NCBI GenBank assembly: GCA_964016885.1
Contig: OZ024740.1
Coordinates: forward strand, 75,020,001 to 75,084,000
From: Eledone cirrhosa
Taxonomy: Eukaryota
Length of the DNA stretch: 64,000 bases
Direction of reading: 5' to 3'
A program made the translations under genes and the position numbers. This document shows, piece by piece, positions 30,091 through 44,642 of the stretch. Each line of letters begins with the position of its first letter. Position 1 is the stretch's first letter. The notes below the pieces were generated by a model. That model ran no database searches. It was not told where the DNA came from and saw nothing but the letters and a program-made list of their open reading frames with translations.

Positions 30091-30943
30091 TACATTAACC
30101 GAGAAAGCTTTAAGCAATACTGCGACCGGCTTCCGTCTCACTCAACACACATTAGGATATACCTTAGTATAATCCCAATTATACGTTTGGGGTGCTAACT
30201 ATACGTATTTTGCGGATAGCCAGTTGTATTATTTTATATGAGACATAATTAAATACATCCCTCTTTCCAGACGATCGTTTCATTATAAGTTTTCTACAAA
30301 TTGGGAAAATAATGTCCAGGTTATGTAGAAGCCTACACATAGTCCATAGGAATATATGCAGGTGGGCACTTATAAATCATCAGTGGATGCCCGACAATAT
30401 CGATATAAAAAAAACCTTACCGATATTAATATTCAGCGATGGTACCCATCTCTGCTAGAGTGACCACCAAATTTGAAATTCCAGCAGTCTCACAAAGAGA
30501 AATCTCACACCGTCACCAAGCGGGAAGGGGAGGTCATCGCAAAACATAAAATAATAAAATAATATGCACGCAGGTCAATTAATTCTTTCAATAATTTTAA
30601 CCATGCGTGAAGAACTCAATTGGATATAAAAAAATAAATATATGCATGTATTATTTATACACGCATATAGGTATTTTCTTAGGCTAAAAACAGAGACAAG
30701 ATACCGGAAAAAACAATCAATATTTCATACAAAGAATAAATACAGAAAGTCATACCTAAAAAGTATCTGGAAATATTCATCTCTGGCCAAATCAAGAGTA
30801 TAATATTTAATACATTAACAGAGAAAGCTTTAAGCAATACTCCGTCGGCTTCCGTCTCACGCAACAAACATTAGGATATACCTTAGTATAATCCCAATTA
30901 TACGTTTGGGGTGCTAACTATACGTATTTTTCGGATAGCCAGT
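30091..30943. repeat. ~135-bp direct repeats bracketing ~585 bp
   Basis: 30091-30225 matches 30811-30943; (TA)n outside both. Confidence 0.75.
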
Positions 30944-31221
30944 TATATATATATATATATATATACACACACATGTGCAGATACACACACACACGCGCAC
31001 ACACATATACGTATATATATATATATATAATTGTTTCTACTTTTGGCATAAGCCCAGCAATTATCCCAGTGTATTACTGGTACTTTATTTTATTGACCCC
31101 GTAAGGATAAAAGGCAAAGTTAACCTCGGAGGGATTTGAACTCAGACCATAAAGGGCCGTAACTCTTTGCTGCAAAGCAAGGCGTCCGACCCTCTACCGA
31201 TACTGCCAATCCACCGCCCTG

Positions 31222-31266
<45 letters not shown>

Positions 31267-31769
31267 CTCTTTCTCTTAATTTCGATTTCAATTTTGACTG
31301 GCCACCTTCCTGGTGGCAAGGCTTTGCAGCCTAGAGTTATGGCCTTTTACGGTCTGAGTTCAAATCCCGCCGAGGCTAACTTTACCTTTCATCCTTACGG
31401 AGTCGATAAAATAAAGCACCAGTAATGCACTGGGATTATTGCTGGCCTTGTGCCAAAAGTAGAAACAATTATTTCATAGAGAGAGCCGGTTTCTAACATA
31501 GACACAACACAATTTCACTGGAACTTAGACATCAATTAGGTAAATGTGTATGTATGTCTGCATGCCTGAGTGAGTGTGTGTGTGCAGGTATAGAAGTTAT
31601 AGTATGTGGGGATCTGTAGGTTTTGTGTTGTCTGTGTACATATATGTTTTGAATCTATACATGTGTATATACAGTTATTGCATGCAGATTTTTTTGGAAT
31701 GTCTACTTACTTTTACAGTTCCATCAATGGATTGTACTTGTAATTGTAATTTCCTAACTAGTCGTGCTC

Positions 31770-32010
31770 TTTTTAGTTTTTAGTTCTGTAGAGCCCAGTT
31801 TCTCAAGATTTGTATTGAGGCAGTTAGTAACATATCCCAGAACCCCAATGCTCACAGGTATAAATTTGAAGGCATAGTCAGGGTGGAGTGTCTGCAGATT
31901 CTTCATTAGTTCTGCATAGATGTTCTCCTTTTCGTTAATCTTTAATATTATGTTTGTATCTGCTTGGCAACTAAGTTCCACTACTGTACATGTCTTCTTT
32001 TCTTCTCTTT
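31770..32010 (-). pseudogene. Restriction-like endonuclease relic of an R4/Dong/NeSL-type LINE
   Basis: KTCTVVELSCQADTNI...EKENIYAEL...FIPVSIGVLG. Confidence 0.65.
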
Positions 32011-32599
32011 CATACTTCTCTTTTATATTGTGTGTGTGCATGTCTTCCACATATACTCTCTTTTTCTCTCTCACAGAAGGAACTTGTTCGCACGATTTCT
32101 CAGGCTGACAAAGTTGCCATTATGAATAACTTCAATGCTATAATTTGCAAAGATTAGGAAACTTGGGATGTGTTCGGAAAACTTGGAATCGGAATGTTCA
32201 ATAGTAATGGATTGCTGCTGCCATAAATATGTCAGGAGCTGGATCTGTTCATAGTAAGCACCCTGTTTCAGCAGAAAGGTAAATACAGAACAACCTGGAT
32301 GCACCCATGCTCAAAGCAGTGGCACATCATTAATCTTGTTCTTGTGATGTTCGTGGTGTGTGCAGTGTCCGGGTGATGCGAGGAGTTGAATGTTGGACTA
32401 GTCATCGTCTAGTTCGTTCAAAGGTGAAGTTTGCTGTGAAAGCGAAGTGTAAGGAGTAGCGTAGGCTTCGTAGCATGCAAGATAAGTGGTAGAGGAATAA
32501 AGCAGAGAATATTCAGTCGGCCTCTGATCCAACAATACAAAATTACTGTATAGGAACAAGTCTTGGAATAGATTAGATAGGATGAAAATAGACAAAGTC

Positions 32600-33065
32600 A
32601 CCTAACAACAATTTCCAAAGGTGAATTAAAGTATAGATTCAGAAAAACTTTAGCCATCATAAAATTCAGAATTAAGGTGGTAGAAAAGCCCAAGAGATCG
32701 GTCAAATCCCTAACCAGTAGGGTGTACTCCTTTAAGAAAATTTCCTGTGCCGATATTAATTGCAGAGTGTGCAACGTAAGCCAACAAATAAATAGTAAAA
32801 CTACAAATGTAGTACAGCGTATGCACATAGAGAATGTAGAGACACAAGCACAAGTTACATAGGAGAAACGGCCTGTAGCATACGAAACAGGATAAAAGAA
32901 CACTGGCGAGAATTCGAAGACAATGAAATCTACATCAACGATCTATCAACATGCCAAACATGAACATGGCCGCAAACTAAGGAGCATCAAGGTGAAAATC
33001 TTACCTATACATCGGGGCAAACTAACTTTGAGACAGCTTAGCGGGATATTCTATATTAAATAGAA
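32600..33065 (+). pseudogene. PLE GIY-YIG endonuclease relic
   Basis: IKVVEKP...SCADINCRVC...NVV, then STIYQHAKHEH...IKVKIL...TLRQL; frameshifts and stops. Confidence 0.6.
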
Positions 33066-33527
33066 AATATGAATGGAACAGCAACAGTCCCACCAGTACC
33101 GCTACAGCAATCTTGTGATTGATGTTAGACCTTGATACATAAGTATATATCCATATGTGTCTGTGTGTACATAGCTCATTATTTTACGAGCGTAAATAAC
33201 TAATAAGGGAATACGCAAAATCTTTCAGAAAAAATCTGTTGTTGTTGATGTTGGGCAATCCAAGGTCAACTGTAATTGAATTGTCCTATAGTAAGCATGT
33301 AGTTAACCTGACCAATAGGCGTGATTTACAGATACATCTTTCTCGTTTATTACTGTCTAGATGAGGATCATGTTCAACAATCCGACATGCAGTGGTACTT
33401 CGTCTGAGGTGCAGCATAGCCATCTGGACATTTGACACATTCTCCACTGTTTAATCTATTTCTGTGCGCCCGAGGATTTTCGTGATGATTAGCGGGGCAA
33501 GGTGGCGGCCATTATTAAGGAGGACAT

Positions 33528-33720
33528 AGGGCGGTAGATTGGCAATATCAGTAGAGGGTCGGACGCCATTCTTTGCAGCATAGAGTTACGGCTCTTTATG
33601 ATCTAAGTTCAAATTCCGCCGAGGTTAACTTTGCCTTTCAACCTTACGGGGTCGATAAAATAAAGCTCCAGTAATGCACTGGGATAATTGCTGGCCTTGT
33701 GCCAAAAGTAGAAACAATTG
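33528..33720 (+). mobile_element. Full-length Meta-domain SINE
   Basis: Complete consensus; TSD AAGGAGGACAT on both sides. Confidence 0.85.
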
Positions 33721-35504
33721 TCAAGGAGGACATGTATTGCAATCCTACACAAGAGATATATATGCAGTTACATTCTTTCTGATTCGTTGTTCCATTCTCT
33801 GCGGATAAAATAAGCACCAATCAAGAACCTATAACAACCCAATGGAATACACCAAGCATGACCAACATTCTGTGATTTGGACGCATGCAGCTCTATAAAG
33901 TTATATAAACACGATAATATTTTACTAAAATTTTGTCACATAAACAATACCTTACAATTTCATTTCTTTCACCCATACACTCATGTTTTCTCCGGTTCAA
34001 GTTTTTTAATGGTTTCCTTTGTGTAATATATGGTGTTTTCTGTCCTACATAAGCAGGTCGTAAATTATTCTTTTATTCTCGCTGATAGAAAAAGACTTCA
34101 AAGACCTCGACTACACTCTTCTCATGAAATGTATGAACCACTACCACCAAGATTTGAAATAATTGTTATTACGACAGTTGAGGAAGATGAATTGGCAGTA
34201 TCGGTAGAATGTTGTTTAAAACCTTTTGTTGTTTTTAGATATGACTTTCTACGTTCTGACTTCAAATCCCACCGAGGACCACACTGCTTTTCATTCTTCT
34301 GGGGTCGATAAAATAAAATACCAGTTACATACTGTGGTCCAAATAATCGACTTTCTCCTTCCCTCAAATTGCTTGCATTTTGGTAATGTTAGAAAGAGTT
34401 ATTATGGCAGTAGATAGCCGATCATGAGAGCTTAAAATAGTGTTATGTTGTTTAGACATATCCCTTTACGTTCAGATTCAAACTATTATACTGTCAATAA
34501 AAGGACAAGGCAAATACTCACGATTCGATATAATTAAATCAGTATACCTGGTTTAATAATAATCGCTTAGTGATAATGGATCTAAATACAAATTTACAGT
34601 GAACAATTAAAGTGGGTGAGCTGTTGTAGAAGAAAAGGTAATGACGCTTGAAACTGTATCTCAGCCAATCGATCTATAGTGAAATTGTATTAACAAAGAT
34701 ATAACTTTTACTTCAGTTCAATGTATTTAAATAATACTGATTTTTAATTTAGGAACAGGGTCAGCAAATTTGGGCAAAGGACAAAGTTGAGTAAATCAAC
34801 CCCAATACTTGACTGGTACTTTAATTTATCGACTGCGAAAGGATGACAGGTAAAGTTGACCTTGGCAGGATTTGAACTCAGAATGTAAAGAGTCAGAACA
34901 AATACCAGATTGGTATTTTATTCGACGCGCTACCAATTCTGCCAATCAATCACCCTCTGTATGCCTAATAATATTAATTAGCTTATACGTGCAGTAATAG
35001 TAATAGTTAAAATCTATAGATTTATAGTATAGTACACTATATCATCGATATGTTTAAATATATCTTTCCCCAAATATGTGTCATTGTGATTATGTTAGAA
35101 ATTATAGATAACAAAATAATTATCAAGTAGTTGAAAACATTTTTGATATAACAATTTGAAAAAAGTGTCCCACGTCGTTAAGATCATACAAAATGAATAA
35201 AAGTAGTGGTCGACCGCTGAAAGTCCTCGTGGTTTTGGTGATTTAAAGTCGATACTACTAGGCACATGGGACAGTAACAAATGGACACAATTTATTTACA
35301 AATGAAATAAGATACAATTCGTTACAAATCAATGTGCTTTAAGTGGAATGAAGAGATAGAAACACAACCCAACATATTAGCCAAGAAGATAAAGTATGCA
35401 CAGAAGGCGAAGTGAAAAGAGAAGGTGGATGAGACAGAGATTATACAAACATAAACAAAAAAATATTCGTTTGGACGTAAGACCTATGTAGACAGACACA
35501 ACAA

Positions 35505-35578
<74 letters not shown>

Positions 35579-35579
35579 C

Positions 35580-35659
<80 letters not shown>

Positions 35660-36185
35660 ATCAACTCTTGTTCTTGGTTGGTACTTTATTTATCGAAGTA
35701 TGTATGTTTGGTTGACTAATTAGCAGTAAGTTATATCTAACACGTAAAATACTAGTTTCGACTTGAGATTTTAGTAGTAAGTTTCATATTTTGCGATTCC
35801 TCTCATTGGATCGCTCGCTGATGAAAATTTGTTGATTGTTGGTTTACAATTAATCGATGATTAACAGATTTCCTATTTAGCTCGAATCAGTACAGTAGAA
35901 GTTTTTCGAAAAATATATGTATTCTACCAGCTTTCTATGTTTAATAACGGAGATACTGAGTACTTGGAATTGTGAGTACGTTAACGTTTTCCAATGTTTA
36001 GCTTCTGAATCATTCTTTTTTTCTCTGCTTTCCTGCAAGAGTTTTGGGACTGTTGCCTTGCAACAATTTAACGTATGTATCTGCTGTGGAATGGTCCAGT
36101 GAGCATGTTGTAAGCAACGAGATTGAAATTATCGTATATCGATCTAAAACCTTATATACATACATACATACATACCTACATACCT

Positions 36186-36220
<35 letters not shown>

Positions 36221-36227
36221 CACACAC

Positions 36228-36282
<55 letters not shown>

Positions 36283-36314
36283 ACACACACACATATATAT
36301 ACATACACATACAC

Positions 36315-36346
<32 letters not shown>

Positions 36347-37484
36347 GCGTGTGTGTGTGTGTGTTCACTAGACTTTGCAAAGCAAAGAGTTACGGCCCTT
36401 TATGATCTGAGTTCAAATCCCACCGAGGTTAACTTTGCCTTTCATCCTTACGGGGTCGATAAAATAAAGTACCAGTAATACACTGGGATAATTGCTGGCC
36501 TTGTGCCAAAAGTAGAAACAATTATTATGTTAACAATCTGATGATGGCTCAGCGGTGCCGGTTGCTGTTTTAGTGGTTGCATAACAGCTCCACGTCGGTC
36601 TCACTGAAATCTTAACTATAATAAAGAAAGGTGTGCGAGATTGCGTCCAGAATATGTTTTTTTTACCCCGTTTGTAAAATAAGTTGGATTACTTTGAATA
36701 AATAATGAATGAATATTACATAATTTATGTGCTAAATTTTGTGGCTGTTGATTAAATATATTTTATAGCTTAATATTTAAAATTCAATTCTTTAAAATTA
36801 TCAAATGTCAACACTTCCGGTTAGCGGCCGTTATATTATAACACTTATAATCGCATATATTTCCGTCGCTAATTTTCTCCTAATGCAGTTTATATATAAT
36901 GTCGTCTTTTTTTAAATATATCATGGATTACTGATTACAGAAGACAGTGTAACATAGGCTTTGTTCAATTTCTGTGTATATTGTCAATTACGATTTTATT
37001 TGATGTATCATATTTACATGTATATATATTTGTGTATAATATTAATATACACGCTACACATGCTAGCAGGGGGGTTTTTAGGCTAGTACCTATAATCCAA
37101 TAAATACAATTACGTAACATCGGTCTTTGTTTATTTCATTCACACACACATGCATAGGGGAGGGACATCAATAAGGGAGGCACACAACTCGTGTATCCAG
37201 TTGTCCATAGCCTGTATTGCATAAGCAATGTTACATAACAACTTTATTACATAAGATGCTGCCTAATGACGTAGTGTTGGTGGTTGCGTGATTACAGTAT
37301 CACGTAACCACCATCGCCACAGAAATATGTATTACCGGTGATTATGAATAAAGGAATTATCTGGCTTTCATACTATCATTATGGTACACACACACACACA
37401 CAGAAATATATATATATAGTAAATTAAAAAAAAGGTATTTTAAGTGCCCATCTCCTATTCTCCATCTCTTTCACTTCTTATTTC

Positions 37485-37942
37485 AGGATACAGACAGACA
37501 AGAAATTAGAACACAATAGGCCTGACCTGGTGGGTTTTGACACGGAAAGAAAGATCGTGCCTGACTGTAGATGTAGCCTGCGCCTTTGATACAAGGGTGC
37601 AAGAAAAGGAGAAGGAGAAAATTAACCGATACCAGGATTTAAAGTGGGAGTTAAAAAGGATTTGGGACTGTCATGAGATCAAGGTCATCCCGATTGTCAT
37701 AGGAGCACTAGGTACTATCTCAAAGGGTTTTCAAGGATGGTTAAAGAACATTAGTCCAGCCCCTTTTTGGAACACTTCAAAAGGCATGCTTGCTGGGAAC
37801 AGCAAGAACCCTCCGATACATCCTGAATATCTGAATATCTGCAGGTAGTGGCTTGATATTCATTTCAACAAACTTTCCAGTTAAATAACATCAATGACTG
37901 AGACTCAAAGAACAATAATAATAATAAAAATAATAATAATAA
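37485..37942 (+). mobile_element. 3' end of R4/Dong-like non-LTR element
   Basis: HNRPDLV / CLTVDVACAFD...EKEKINRYQDLKWELKRIW...VIPIVIGALG / LQKACLLGTAR; ends in (TAA)n. Confidence 0.8.
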
Positions 37943-38036
37943 TATATATATATATGCAGATATGCAAATCAGGCCGATCAGTCACTGTGTATTTTTAAAA
38001 ATAGCATATATTTTCACTAGCTCTGACAGTTGGCAG

Positions 38037-38102
38037 GTGAACAGTGAGCTGTACTGATGAAGTGTGATACCCAGAAACATTAGTGTCTGCAGTTCTGTTC
38101 GC
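38037..38102 (+). ncRNA. Type I hammerhead ribozyme with extended, bulged stem I
   Basis: GTGAACA-GT-GAGCTGTA-CTGATGA-AGTGTGATACCCA-GAAAC-ATTAGT-GTC-TGCAGTTC-TGTTCGC; one mismatch in stem II. Confidence 0.7.
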
Positions 38103-38729
38103 ATGCCAACATAAGAGCAAGAATGAAGTGTTCATTCTATTGACATGGCTATAAAATTGAGGCTTGTTTGCATAATTGCAAACGAATCGAATGTTATTAT
38201 TAATATTCTAAAAACTCAGATTACATTTATTGTATTCAGCTATGTAGAGCGAAATTTTCTTTTTTATTTTCTTTTATATATTTATATTGTCCCTCCAATT
38301 TGGCATAGGCTTCAAATTTCCTTCTCGAACGCAGCTCTCAGTATTAATGACCACTGCCCCAGGAACATGCACTGCTGAATACATCTCTCTCTATATATAT
38401 ACACCCATATTAACAAACGCACATGAAGAAATACAAATTGTTTACTTTAACATATACATTAACTGTATGGCAAAATTCATTGTCGCACCGGTATGGACAG
38501 AGAAATAAGTGTATCAGTTTTAAAGTTTTAGAAATTTAATCTGGCAATTAAATGTTAATGTGCTTTCCATATGTCATATACGGGAAGAGGGGAAGCAAAG
38601 GAAGGTGAAGGGTAAACTATGTTTCCGGAAGTTGAATACCAACTTTGCTTAAGATTTTCATTTGAGGTTTCAATGCCATGTTCATACGGTGGGTAACTTA
38701 ACAATTTGGTGTATTTATATGCACACACT

Positions 38730-38804
<75 letters not shown>

Positions 38805-38817
<13 letters not shown>

Positions 38818-39061
38818 GTACGTATGGGTTTACGGAACATTTATTATAATGCTCGGTTTGTTTGTAAACAAACATCCTGTATTATTAGCCGTACAGTGTT
38901 CGGAAACCATCTTTGCCCTTTTGTTCAACACTGACAAAGGAACGATGAACTAGTTTCTAGCTTATTAGCTGTCATCAGCACCGTATACCTTCCTGTCAGT
39001 CGATTGAACGTTTGAAAGTATATACTTTCCTTATGCATATTAACGGCTGAGCAGCTTAATT

Positions 39062-39126
<65 letters not shown>

Positions 39127-39150
39127 GTAAACTAGGCTGCTCAGCCGATA
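38805..39150 (-). mobile_element. Family A partial copy
   Basis: HHR near 38942-38984 (-); short inverted piece at 39133-39155. Confidence 0.8.
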
Positions 39151-39202
39151 ATATGGTTCAATTGAACCATCAAGACAGTTGAGGTATGTCATACATCAAT
39201 TC

Positions 39203-39353
<151 letters not shown>

Positions 39354-39360
39354 TATATAA

Positions 39361-39403
<43 letters not shown>

Positions 39404-39540
39404 TATATAAATATATATAAATACCCACGCGTTCAGCCGCCCCCCTGTATCACGAAAAGAAAATCTTTTTCGATGAAATAATTGGATTTTTACCAATTTA
39501 AACATTTATTAGGAACTTTCAATGTTTATTTTAGGTTTTG

Positions 39541-39598
39541 CCGTCTGAAGAGCTCAGGCTATCTAAACTAATAGTCCTCAGTGAAATATGTATAATGG
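39541..39598 (+). ncRNA. Type I hammerhead-like motif
   Basis: CCGT-CTGAAGA-...GGCTAT...ATAGTC...-GAAAT-ATGT-ATA-ATGG, then AATAAA. Confidence 0.6.
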
Positions 39599-40179
39599 AG
39601 TTTTAAATAAACCGGAATTAACTGAATATGGCCTCCGATCTGATATATAAAATTTATTTTAAAACTTTTTCTCTATTTGCTAAAATCTTGATTTTATATG
39701 TTCTGGCTCGTTAATTTATTAACCCGCCATAGAACCACATTGGCATACGGTTGGATAATACTTGTATCCCTATATGTATTTTTTACACGTAGGAACACAT
39801 AATTTATTATTATTAATCTCCCCTAAGGTTGAGATAACATTTTGGTCGTTTGAACTGCTGCTATTTCTAGTGGAAGGACATTGATCTGTCCGCCCTTGCC
39901 TTCTGTCTTTACACACGGCACTAGACAAAATTGGTCCCTTCCTCATTCACTCTCATCCGGGAACAGTTTTGTATGGCGCCAGTTTGTGATTTGAACTCGC
40001 GATTTTTATATTCTCCGAGCGAGAAGAACATTCTAACGAGAGTCCCCTTCTCAATGGAAGTCCGCCTGGATTATCCATTTATTTTTGGATTTGAAACCGC
40101 ACGGTAAAGGTACATATAGTAAGTACAGAGAACTTTTTAAAATTTATTTTAAAACATTTTCTCTATTTGCTAAACCTTG

Positions 40180-40298
<119 letters not shown>

Positions 40299-40475
40299 GC
40301 GTTTATATATGTGTGTGTATATATATAACAAAGAGAGGACAAACCAACGAACAAAAAGAATGTTTTTAAGAGGAAACCTTAAAAAATTACTTTTTAGAAA
40401 TAAAAAAAATACAAACGAAGGTCACAAAACTACAGGGTCATCAGCCGATGAGGTGGGCTCTGGCAGTTTCGAGAT

Positions 40476-40543
<68 letters not shown>

Positions 40544-40721
40544 ATAATAATAAATTTGATAACTAAAATCCAAAGAGGGCTCGATAAGGGTAAATATATA
40601 TCAAATATATAAGAATGGTAGAGCAAATAACAGATTAAAGTTTAAGCAAAGAATCGGTGAGTTTCAGAAGACCCCGTTGGGGGTGAAAGCAGCGATTCTT
40701 TGCTTAAACTTTAATCTGTTA

Positions 40722-40796
<75 letters not shown>

Positions 40797-40945
40797 TTAG
40801 TTAAGCAAAGCAAGACCACAAATTTCACAAAGAAGATATTATTAAAAGATTGTCAACATATTTTAGTTTGATTTAACTAATTCACCAATCTATCCTCTCA
40901 TATCTCTCCTATCTCCATCTCTCTCTTTAAGATTGGTTACTCTTG

Positions 40946-40975
<30 letters not shown>

Positions 40976-40976
<1 letters not shown>

Positions 40977-41359
40977 CTTAGGGTAAACATTGATGCAATT
41001 CAAATCAAGCACTCAACGTCTCAACGTACTTATTCCACATAGGAGTGACGGAGTAAATATCGAATAAGGAAAAGCGAAGTAGTTTCAGATGTTCAAGTCC
41101 TTTAATAATAATGCTGTGATATATATTTCAATGGCGAAAGTGGCCACACTGTTCTGTGGGCCAGTCTCGCGACATCGTCAGACAGCTTGTTACATAATAA
41201 GGTTATGTTTCCGAGGCAATCCAAATTGAATCGACATGAGAACGGACGAAGTATGTGCTTTTGGGTTCTTCATCCGTTCCCCTGTGAGTACCAATTTACC
41301 CCCACTGGTCTGCGCAGGCGCAGGTCCAGGGGGAAGTTGACCATTAGCTACCGCAGATT
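40976..41359 (-). mobile_element. HHR element, family G; HHR at 41113-41186 (-)
   Basis: GCTGT-CTGACGA-long stem II-GAAAT-ATAT-ATC-ACAGC; TTGAGTGCT at 41008-41016, then (TA)n. Confidence 0.7.
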
Positions 41360-41705
41360 TACTAGTTTCAAGCTTATTAGCTATCGTCAGCATCGTATAC
41401 CTTTCTGTCAGATGGTTGAACGTGTGAAAGTATATACTTTCCTTATGCATATTAACGGCTGAGCAGCCTAATTTGCATATCGAGTGAGTTAGTCGGCGGG
41501 GCGCACCGAAAACGATAAATGGAAAAGAATGAAACGAAATTTCATTTCTCACTCTTAGTACGGCTGATACTTAAATATAAGTATGTATACGTACATACAT
41601 ATATGTGTACAGCCATACAGTAGTATGTATATATATACATACATGCACATATATATATATATGTGTACGTATGGGTTTACCGAACATTTATTATAATGTT
41701 CGGTT
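41360..41705 (-). mobile_element. Permuted family A unit ending at the HHR cleavage site
   Basis: Homology stops after GAAACTAGTA; spans the head-to-tail unit junction near 41520. Confidence 0.8.
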
Positions 41706-41924
41706 ATATATATATATATGGGAGTGCGTGTATATGTGTATGTATATATATTGATTTATATATATATGTATACATAAGATATTTTCAACTTGTACAAAAG
41801 TCCCTAGGGATATAATTGATATTGTATATATATATTTATTTATTTATATATATATGTCTGTGTGTGTGTGTATATATATACATATATATGTATACATATG
41901 TACATGTATGTATGTATATATACA

Positions 41925-41967
<43 letters not shown>

Positions 41968-41972
<5 letters not shown>

Positions 41973-42400
41973 GATATATGCAAATGGAAACTATATTTAT
42001 AAAACCATATTTATTTCATTATACATATTTCAAGGACACCAAGTTAAATTATGGTGTGCTTTCATCAGATAAAATATAATATAGAGCAGTTTTATAAATA
42101 AATATTGACATACCCTTAAAGAATGCGACCATTTCTGTTGGAAGCTCCCGGATAGTCGTATTCTTTAAGGGTATGTCAATATTTATTTATAAAACTGCTC
42201 TATATTATATTTTATCTGATGAAAGCACACCATAATTTAACTTGGTGTCCTTGAATATGTATAATGAAATAAATATGGTTTTATAAATATAGTTTCCATT
42301 TGTTAATATATCGTATTTTTACTCCAATAATTTGTTGAGTGCTTTATATCAGTTATAAAAATATTTTCTTGTTGTATCCCAACAATTTAAATAGAACTTC

Positions 42401-42402
<2 letters not shown>
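41968..42402. mobile_element. Fold-back HHR element; HHR at 42013-42075 (-) and mirror copy from 42209 (+)
   Basis: ~160-bp near-perfect arms; CTGATGA-AAGCACACCA...TGGTGTCCTT-GAAAT-ATGT-ATA. Confidence 0.8.
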
Positions 42403-42487
<85 letters not shown>

Positions 42488-43322
42488 GGTTGACGGAACT
42501 AGCATGGGTATCACTGCTAGGACCGGTTGCATCTCAGCGTACTCAATAGGTAATGTTAAATAAACCCCCAGAGTAAACACATAGTTATTCGCTTCGATAC
42601 ACCGCAAGTAAACGGGTACATTCAATTGTTCCCGAACTCAGCTCGAGTTTCGGCAACACTTAATGCAGCAATAAAGTGCACAGCACCCTCTGCCCGCATA
42701 TATATTATGCAACAATGCACAATCGGCGCATGTAGCTCCATCAGCGGGTTTCGCCTAATCAATAACTAATCGATCGACAGAATTCGACTCCAGTCCGTGC
42801 CGGTTATGACTATACGTGACGACCAACACAGTAAAATGTTAGTAACTGGAATCTCTACGCGTCACAATGCTGTCTCCTGATTGGCTTCCGATTCAGAAAT
42901 TTACGTGATGGCAGGAGACGGAATTCAAATAGTTCCGTTCCCGCCATACGCACTCAGCCAACGTATCTCAAACACAAATTAATAAGTTAGTGAAAAATTG
43001 GTTATTAGAAAAATTCAGTCTCCAATCGCTGTACAATAGAATGGTAGCATTCGGCTCTAGTCTCCAAGTCCCATGGCGAAAGAATAGTGTGACAGTAACG
43101 ACCTTTCCGGACATATATATCTATATCTATATACACCACCTTCATCTCTAATTGATTTGACAGATGTCTTTAACACATTGGTACCAAACATTATTTGGTC
43201 AACTTTGCCTTTCATCCTTACGGGGTCGATAAAATAAAGTACCAGTAATGCACTATGTAATTGCTGACCTTGTGCTAAAAGTAGAAACAATTATTTGGTC
43301 AGTAGTTCGGGTGTATGTGTAA

Positions 43323-43405
<83 letters not shown>

Positions 43406-44100
43406 AGACGTAAAATAAGAAAATTATAAAATTAACTTACTTACTAATGAACCACACTGTTATTAAGACAAAACCTATATATTTGCTAGCATTGATATGC
43501 ATCTGTATGTATATATATGTTACTAGATATGAATTCTTTATTATTATCTCCAAATTATTTGTCGAGCAATATTGGCCATGACTGCTGCTATGGTAGTAGG
43601 CAGGCCGCTGTCTTATTAGCAAACCACTTTCCACTGATTGACCTCGATGTCACGTGTTCGATTCTTTTTGAATTTGCCACAGACGTAGAGGCAGTGATTT
43701 TCTCAATGGCTTGGAATTCAGTCCACGCTTCGCTATTTCCTATCCACTGAATTATTTTTTAATAAGATTCCAGTGTCCTCGCTTTGCCTGGAAACTTACA
43801 TGAGAATAGACTTTCCTGACGACGGAATGCTTCTCGATATTATTCTTCGGAAAATATATTTACTCCATTCCAGAAACTAATTAGATGGAAGTGATATTTT
43901 AGTAAGTAAGTTAATTTTATAATTTTCTTATTTTACGTCTCTTATATTATTGTTCTGCAACCCCATGCATTGAACCACACTGTTATTAAGACAAAACCTA
44001 TATATTTGCTAGCATTGATATGCATCTGTATGTATATATATGTTACTAGATATGAATTCTTTATTATATATATATATATATATATAAATGTCATTCTTTT

Positions 44101-44642
<542 letters not shown>

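Noticed and set aside
37850-37942. R4/Dong-like element as partner LINE of the Meta-domain SINE
   Set aside because: Its 3' UTR does not visibly match the SINE tail GCTGGCCTTGTGCCAAAAGTAGAAAC.
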